Origin: an uncultured Planctomycetales bacterium
GTDB lineage: Bacteria > Omnitrophota > Gorgyraeia > Aquiviventales > Aquiviventaceae
Direction of reading: 5' to 3'
Length of the DNA stretch: 64,000 bases
Assembly (NCBI GenBank): GCA_964373175.1
Contig: CAYJTP010000002.1
Location: 40,402-104,401, forward strand
Each line of letters starts with the position of its first letter. The first letter of the stretch is position 1. Below, one piece after another: positions 51,001 through 60,000 of the stretch. The notes beneath the pieces were generated by a model, which ran no database searches, was not told the DNA's origin, and saw only the letters and a list, made by a program, of their open reading frames with translations. The position numbers and the translations under genes are program-made.

Positions 51001-54000
51001 CGTCGCAACAAGACATCAAGCGAGGGCTCATCCGACTGTTGAAGTCGGAACGCGCGACCATACCTCCATCCTGGCCGGGATCCCCTGAGACCCGCAGGGA
51101 GCAACTGGTCGGGCAGATCCTGAGCGCCATCCAGGATCTCACGCGACTTGCCGGTGAAGGAAAGATTCAGCGTTACTCGACGGCTGAACTCGTGGCAGCT
51201 CATGTCAGGAAGATGACCGGTGATCAGACAATTTCCGACCATGAAGTCCGGCAATTGATCGCGCATCGCAAGAACCTCCAAGATGCCATGGGGGTCTTGC
51301 GGAAGAGCACGGAGTCCTTCCACTTCCAGCCAAAGCCGCGTCCGAAGAAGACACCCGGATCGAATCCGCTCAGGGTATTCGCCGCCCCGCTGCTCGTGGC
51401 CATCGGCCTGTGGGTCGGTGGGCTCGAAGGGCACTTGCTGGCCGGGCTGGGCGTTGTGCTCAGCGTGATCGGGTTTGGCGGGCTGCTGCTGGCAATGCGA
51501 CCGGTCAGACAAGAAACAGAATCAGAACTCAAGCCAGGCGAGATTGCGGGAGGCGTCCAGCAGGAGCTTGGCGCGGTCCAAGCATCCAGCCCATCCAAGA
51601 ATCAAGGGGACCTGGTCAGTCTTGACCAACATCGCCCACAGCGGCAGGGGTGGCGAGGTATGCTTGGCATCCAGCAGTTTTCCAGTCACCTTCGCCAAGA
51701 CCGCGTCAATCTCGGCGTCTTTCCCTGGGACGAGGCCACGCAGCGGCAGTTCGCCCAGTCGTTCAGCACGCAACGCGGGCCACAACGAGATGGGGATCAC
51801 CGAGTAGGGAGCGCCCGTATCGATGATGGCCAGATGGTCATCACTCCACCCAACAGACTGTCTGAACTGGACTCGACCCAAGAGTCGAGACAGGAAGAGT
51901 CGACGACGACGGCGGCTGGCCTCGAGGTCCCGCACGCGCTGGACCTCAAGGGCGACGCGCATATACGTGGATTCCGGCCTCGAGGAACAAATGCGGGATA
52001 TGCGGCCAGTCAAGCTGCTGGCGAGCTTTCGCGAGCACCCGGATTAGATGCGGACCAACAGCCAACACTCGCCGGTGCGCAAAGGCGACCCATTGATTCG
52101 GGTAGCGTGTGGCCAATTCGGCATAGTGCGCAAAGGCCCAATCGTACTCCCGCTGAAGAGCCTCTGGAAAGAGCGCTGTTTGAACCGACATCAGTTTCAC
52201 CGACCTCCACCTCGACTATAACCGACGATGAAGAGGCTGTCAAGCCAGACCGCTTCTCCGACCTTATCGGTGGGCTCGAAGGGCACTTGCTGGCAGGGCT
52301 GGGGTTTGTGCTGAGCCTCGTCGGGTTTGGCGGACTGCTGGCGATGCGGAAGATTGGCGGAAAGGAACAGCTAACAGGCAAGGCAAGAAGCGCGAATAGG
52401 CAGAAGACAAGCCGTCAAGGAATGCCGAGTTTTTCTTCCACAACTTTCAAGCGGGCGTCGAAAGTCTTCATCTCGGATCTGATCGCACGGATTTCAACAA
52501 GGATCAGGTCGGCGTCTTTCCGAAGGTTGCCGACGTCTTTCGACAAATTATCCACCTTTGTGCGAAGGTCAACGAGCCCTTCAGCGACGAGGCGGATCTC
52601 ATGGCGAAGCGACTCGATGAGCGCGCCGACTTCGGTCACCGTGAAGGCGTCTTTGGAAGGCCGTTTGGATGGAGGCATGAACGCCATTCTACGCAGGACA
52701 GGAGCACCAGTCAAGGAACATCGGGATGACTCGGTTGCGCCAGGTGGCCTCCTGACCCCGATGGGGGGATTCGTGCTCATAGGGATCGGGCTCCTGGCCA
52801 AGCATCTGATGGGGCTTGCGCTCTTCGGGACGGTGGCGGAAGTGGTGGGCGTTGGGCTGACCGCGCTGTGGGCAGGTTGGAATACGACTCTTCATTCAGC
52901 GTCTCAGGTACTGTCGTGGAGGGTGAGAGCGCTACCGAAAGATCTCATAGCCATCACTGCGCAGCACGAGGACTTTTCCACGCAACCACCGCTCAGGTCT
53001 GATCTTCAACAAGTTCCTGACAGCCTGGGTGATCGTTTCAGCCATGGGTGGGTGGATGCGGATCACGACAATTCCGGACAGCTTCGAGGGCAGGAAATTC
53101 AGGAAGTCCCGGTCACGCGTGAACAGGATCGCGCCTTCCCGTTCGGCAAGCGCAGCGATGGTCGCGTCGGTCGCACGGGGGGACGGACGGATGACGTGAT
53201 GCCCCACCCGGCGCAGGAAGGCTTCCGTCTGTCCAGGGATATGTTCGTCAAGCAGCACACGCACAGCGAGCTACGCCTTGAAGGCCACGAATTCCCGGTG
53301 CTTGAATTGCTCAGCGGCGTACTGCAGGGCGGCGCGAATGTGCTGCGGGGTCAGCTGGGGAAAATATTTCTTGGACGTGATCTCGGTGCTCGAAACCCCG
53401 GCTCCAAGCAGCTCAAGGACATCCGAAACCAGGATGCGAGTCCGCCCAAAGCAGGGTTGGCCATGACAGATGGCTGGGTCCACGTCGATCAGCTTCTCAA
53501 GGGAGTTTTTCATCGCCACCTTCACACTCCTCCTAAGAAGGATAGCATCCTCGCTCCTCGTCGTCAAGGCACGTCTTCTGGAGTACTCAACGTGGGGTTC
53601 AGCGCAGAGACCCTTGCCGGGCGGTGGCCGGAGGGTTCGCCCATCTGGATCGCGCCGGTGGTGGGGCTGCTCGGGTGGGAGTTCCTCGTGGCGGGGTTGA
53701 AGATGGGCGGCCTAGAGGGGGTGGCGCTCGCGGGCTTTGGATTGGCACTTGGCCTCTTCGGGTTTGGCGGGCTGCTGCTGGCGACGCAACGCGGTGGGAG
53801 AGTAAAGGGGAGGGAAGCACGGCTTAGAAGCTACCGGGTTCCCAAAGAGGTGGCCGAGCGTTATGTCACTCCGGAGATCCTGACACTCTTCGAAGTGGCT
53901 GAACAACTTGGACTCAAGATCAAAGCAACCGGCGGGACCGCGCGGGATTTTGCCGTGTCTGTCATGACACAACACCCGCTTCGACTCCCTCGCATCACCA

Positions 54001-57000
54001 ATTTTGATGTGGCGATCCCACTGGCTCCCCATCAGAAGCCCTCAGAATTGTTCAACGAATCAGCCTACCAGAGGTTTGCGCAAGCCTTCGAACAGGCCCT
54101 TCGAGCCCGTGGCGTGCTCAAGCCAAACCAAAAGATGCCTGAGGTGGATTTCATGCCAGGCGTGTATGTGGAAGGAGCCGGCTACATTTACCAGATTAAC
54201 ATGAACATCCGACCCACAAAGGAGCGGCCTGAGATTGGCGAGGCATTTTCGATCAGCAAACTGGCGGTCAAGAAAGAAGGCGACGGGTTTGTGATTGAAG
54301 ATCACGTGGGCGCTATGGCCGACATCAAGGCTAAGCGCCTTCGGATTATCGCCACACCCGGACGGTTACTCACCGAAGGGATGCTGGGGAAGATGTTGGG
54401 TCGATGGGCGGATTACCGGAAGCTGGGATTTGACTTTGACCGGCCATCGAGGCAGCTGATCCAGCAGTCGGTGAACGCGCTCCGGCATACCACACCAGCA
54501 GACCAAAGCACCTTTGTGAGCTTGCTCCTCGACAACAGCCAAACGCAGCAGGATCTTCTCTTCGTGATTGACCAGTATCGATTAGACGAGGTCTTGGGGG
54601 TACGGCGAGCCTCCCTGGCAAGACGATTCAAACGGCATGAGCGCGCGTCGACGGCTTCCTCCGCGGCTCCTGATCCAGTCAAAGCCTTCGTCACACAGTA
54701 CCTGCAAGCCAACTACGGCCAGTTCAACCTGTGGGCCAACACCGAGGCCGTTGTGGATGCGGTGGTGAACCGCCTGTATCCGTCGCGGGATCCAGCAGCG
54801 ATTGAGCAAGCGCGAGAGCAGTCGGGGATTGGCGTTGCGGGAAGTGACTTTACGAGGCGCTATGATGACTATCAACACGATCAGAAACTGGAGCTGACCT
54901 ATGAGCTCATTCGAGAATTTCTTACAGGCGGAGTGGTCGTGGATGTGGGGGCTGGGAAGAATCTGTTGGCGCGGAAGCTGGCTGAAGAAATCCCAGGGAT
55001 CAAGGTGATCGGGACGGATGTCTTGGATTGGCATGAGGAATCGTCCGATCCGAGAGTCGAGTATCGAAAACAACTCACCCCTGAGCGAGTCCCTGTTGAG
55101 GATGAGAGCGCCGACGTCGTGATACTCCAAAGCGTCCTCCACCACATCACGGATGAGCATCTTGACAGTCTCTTGAAGGAGGTCCACCGAATCCTGAAGC
55201 CGGGTGGGAAGGTGCTCGTGTTAGAGAACACCTTCCCGGAGACACCCGAGGTGCTCCAGACCGTGAGGGACCAGGAAGGCTTGTCGGAGTTGAGCAAAGC
55301 CTTCCTGAGCTTAAACCCAGCGCAACAGCAAGCCTTCTTCGAATTTATGGATTGGTATGGCAACGTCTTTGTGAAGCAGCAGTCTGACATGCCCTTGTCC
55401 TTCAATTACAAGTCGATCGAAGCCTGGAAAGCACTGTTTGACCAGCATGGATTGGTGACGCGCACGGATCGGTTCATCGGCTTTACCCCGGGCCGCTTCC
55501 ACTGGCTGGCCACCGGCCTCTTCGTGTTTGAAAAAGTGTCCAGCGAGCCTCCTATCTCATCCATCCTGAAGCGCCATCCGTACTTGAATGAAACGCAACT
55601 GAAGCGTTTCGCGCAAGGCGAAGCCGGGTTTGCGGTCACCCGGAGACTGAGATGGACTTTGGAGAAGCTGGATCAGTTTCTGACCGGTTTGGAGCAGGTG
55701 AGCGGGATCCCCTTGGACAAGGCAGTACAACTCGTTGTGGAACCCGCTGAGATGTATCTGATCAAGCAGGTTCGCGATGAGCGGGCAGGCCAATATCTGA
55801 TCAACCTTGGCAATTCCATGTATCCTCCAGATGTTGTCATCCAAGCGGCTGGGTACGTAGGGACTCATGAAGGCCATCACTACCTTGACGAGCTTAATAT
55901 GGTTGACGCTTCTGGTCTTGCAGAAATGGGGGGTTCTGGTGGCACGACTCGCCGAGGCTCAATCTTGGAGCAGTTTGATCGGATGGTAAGCGACGCGGCT
56001 CGAATGAATCCGATGATGCGTGGGCTAGCAGGTCGTCCAGATCTATTGTGGATGGTGGAAGAGCTCAGCGTTGATAGTGATACGGCTAACACACTCGGTG
56101 CTCGCGTCGTCAAGAACTATCTCCCCCTTGCGGAAGCTCGATTGGCTTATCAGGAACGTCAAGCAGAGAGTCCTCGCGGAGTTGTTCCTGGTCTTGCGGA
56201 GCTCGTCCGGTATGAAACCGTCGCACGGGAATATGCATGGATCGAAGGGGTCGATGGGGCATCCCGCGAACGTCTCAAGCGCGTGGAGGAGGGGTACGCC
56301 AAGTTAGCCAAGAAGGCCAAAGACTACTCGGAGGCCAAATACAAGTTCTTCCTCGGTGTGTTCACAAGCATCTACCGGATGACGAGTTTGCTCAAACCAC
56401 GTGGTGGGCGGTGGCCGAAGCGGCAGCCGTGGTATGACCGCCTGGAAGCGCGCTACGGGTGGTTCGTGGGACAGGTGCTGGCGCCAGCGCTCAGAGAGTC
56501 CGGATTCTTTGTCGGTGGCGGGAGCTTGCTACTCAGTTGGGCCTTTGGGATTCCGCTTGAGCTGAGGCCTCCAACCGTGGCACTGCTAGCTGGATTCCAA
56601 ATCCTGTGGCACCTCCGCCATCTACCGGGTGCCGAAGGCAAGACCTTGGCTCAGAAACTCGCCGCGGCGTTCTCCGCTGAGAAACTCCTCATCACCGGCC
56701 TGACGGTCGCGCTTCCCAGCCTCCTGCTGCTAGATCCCAGCAGCCCATTCCATCCGATCGGCGTCGGCTTCGTGGCACTCATCCTCGGCGTTGCGTCCTT
56801 ACCTCACGCCTTCATCAACCTCGTCACACCTATCCAAGATGGTCGTGTGGTAGGTGTCCGCGACGCGGGATCTGATACCGTCGGCAGGCAGGCGGATGGG
56901 TCTGGTCGCACTTCGCAGGACTCACCGTTGACCATCGTGGAGATGGTGTACGCTGACCTAACCAACACAGGAGGCTTGGAAAGCTACTTGCGGGAGCTTC

Positions 57001-60000
57001 ATCGCGAGCTCCTCACCCACCCAGGGATTCGAATCCATGCGCTGTATCCGGTGCAGGCCGCGCCAAGGACGTTTGAGGAACGCGCTGACAATGGGAGCAC
57101 GCTCGTTCATCACCAGTTTGTGAGACAACGTCCTTGGGTGAAGGTTTCGTGGCGCTCACCGTGGGGCTCCCTTCAGCAGAGTGCGGAGATCTTCCGCAAC
57201 CTCCGTCAGATCATTCGGCAAGAGCAGGTTGGCGTCCTGCATCTCCATACGCCGTTCTATTTCCCCGCGCATCTGGCGTTTTGGTTGGCGGGCGTGTGGT
57301 ATCGCATCCCCCGTGTGGTGACCTCGCACCAGACACACGCAGGGGGCTCGAGATGGTTCTTGCGCACCATCCACCAGCTTGGTGCCAAGGTGCTTCCTCT
57401 TGGCGCGGCGGAAGTCACCGGGGTGAGCGACGCGGCGGCCCGCAGCCTGAAGCGCAAGGCCTCTATCATCGGCAGCGGGATTGACACGCACTTCTTCACC
57501 CCGCAACACGGCCGGGGCGATGCGTTTCGGCAGCGTGAGGGGCTCTCAGCAGAGGTGCCACTGATCGTTTATCCGGCTCGGATCGATCCTGAAAAGGGCC
57601 AGCGGGATCTTTTGGATCTGGCCGAGGCGCTTCGGGCCAACGGCCTCAAGGCTCAGGTCGTCATGATGGGACCAGTCGCTGATCCCTCCTACGTTCAGCT
57701 GCTCAGCGACGACATCATCGCGCGGGACCTGTCAGAGATCGTCCACATCTTGCCCGCTGGGACTCCTGAAGAGGTGCGCGACGGCTACGCGGCTGCCACC
57801 GCGGTGGTGTTTCCTACCTATTCGGAGGCGTTGGGCCTTGTGGCGTTGGAAGCCAGCGCGATGGAAAAACCGGTTGTGGCCTACGCGACAGAAGGCGCGC
57901 GGGAAGCGGTGAAGGATGGCGAGACCGGCTACCTGGTCCCGACCGGCGATGTCGAGGCGCTTAGCCGTCACGTGATTCAACTCTTACAGGATGAGCCACT
58001 TCGTCAACAGGTGGGTCGTGCGGGTCGGGCTTTTGTGGAAGCCCGCTATTCGCTTGAGCAGTTAGCCAATCGACATCTTGCGCTGTACCGACGTGTGGCC
58101 GGCCGCGACGCGGACGCGGTATCTGATACCGTTACTGAACTGACGTCGCAAGCGATTCGCGCGGGTCTTGAGCGGCTCATTCGGGAAGGGAAGGGACTAC
58201 TTGTTGCCAAACCTCAGAAGGGCCCAATTACACAGTGCTACCTGGACTGGGGAGGGACGTTGAGCAATCTGACGCCGGAAGAACGGCGCGCGGCGCTTGA
58301 GCTGTTTCGCGCGCGCGGGATTGAGGTCAACATTCTCACCACGGCCAGCCCCGAGGCGATCGCCAGGCAGCTTGAAGCGGAAGGCAACCTGCCCTTCTTG
58401 CGCTCCATCATTCACGCCATGGGCAGCTCCTCAGGGAAGGTCCACGTCGCCCGCTATCAGGACTCAACCGGCCAAGACACTCCCATCGTCCTGGTCCACT
58501 CGCCTACGACCAAGGCCGGCTACTTGAATTCGCTCCCTGGACAGGGCCGCGTCCTGTTTGTCGATGATCAGGCGACGCATTTTTACATCACCTCAGGACA
58601 GGTCATCCGCGTCGGCGTGATCGGCAAGGGCGTCACGAGGTTAAATGACCTGCTCGGCGAGGACACGGAGTTGGCGGAGTATTACCTGGCGTCCCTCAGC
58701 GACCGTTCCTCCCTTGATGAGTTGCTCACCGCGGTATCTGATGCCGTATTGAGACCAGAGACCAGCCCGCCCCCCCGGCCCGACGCCGGCGACAGCCGGG
58801 GCGGGCGGCGGATGCTTTCGGCGGGCCGGGGAGACCAGCCCGCCCCGGCGGATGCTTTCGGCGGGCCGGGGAGACCAGAGACTCGAGTGGGCATGACTGA
58901 CAACGAGGTCATGAACGGATCGGTGAGTTACTCCGACAATCGCTTGCACAGGGCTCTTGAGCGGCGGGCCGACAAGCTCGCGCGGCTCTTTGGCAATCTC
59001 GAGTACCAGCTCATCGAAGACCTCAACCCAATCACGATGGATCATCGGCTGCCGCGCGAGTTTGCGCGGGTGAAGCTGCCGCTCTTGGCGATGCTCGTGG
59101 CCGACCACCTCATACCGAGCCACCGGACGTCACCGAAAGAGACGCTGCGTGGAGAACTGCGCGAATTCATGATGCCCGATGGGGTGACGCTGCGCGGCCA
59201 GTGGTTCAAAGTTGAAGGAGATGGCCCTGCCCCCGTGGTCGTGTTCATCCCGCCCTGGGGGATGTCGAGCAGCCAGTACGAGTCGCTCGTCGACACCTAT
59301 CGCCAAGAGGCCAACGTCCATGTGCTGCTGCTCAACCTGCGCGGGCAGGGCTTGAGTGAGGGGGAACTCACGACGCATGGCGCGGAGGACGTCGATGACG
59401 TGCAGCGCGTGCTGCAGATGCTGCGCGCCAGCCAGGAAGTCAGCACCCAGCCGATCCTCCTCCATGGCACGTCGCTTGGCGCGCTCGTCTCTCTGCGGCT
59501 TAAGACCCTGTTTCCTGAGCTCATCCAAGGCGTCTTGGCTGAATCGTGCCCGCCCATCCAGGCGCACGCCATTCAGCGGTTCTTGCAAACACAACTGCAA
59601 GACCGCTACGGCAAGGTCTTGCAACAGCTCTATCCCGAGGTCGCACGCCAGGATCCTGATTTCTCGAACTTGGCGAGCGAGACCGTACCGCTCCTTGAGC
59701 GGGTGTTAAGCCATCGCCTCGGGCGCTCCATTCACCTCATGCGGCCCATCGATGACCTCAAGACGGCGCAGGGGCCGATCACCTTCCTGTACGGTCGCGG
59801 TGATCACGTGATCCCGGCGAATGAGCAGTTGGACATAGCTCGTGCGGTGAAAGAGCGCCTCGATGCTGGTGAGGGCATCCAACTCTATCGGCTCGACGGC
59901 GGCCACCTGGCGATGAGCAACGATCCGCAGTACGCCACGGTGATCTCATCCGTTGTCCGTGAGGTCATGGTTCAGGCTTCGTCCAATGTCTTCGAGCAGA

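Noticed and set aside
51417-53787. R1/R2/R3 as integron attC sites, with the antisense genes as integron cassettes.
   Set aside because: No RYYYAAC/GTTRRRY core sites or attC-type imperfect palindromes are visible, and no intI is in the window. The repeats are direct, in-frame and encode TM helices. The analogy (promoter-bearing TA cassettes in reverse orientation) is noted, but the mechanism is probably different.
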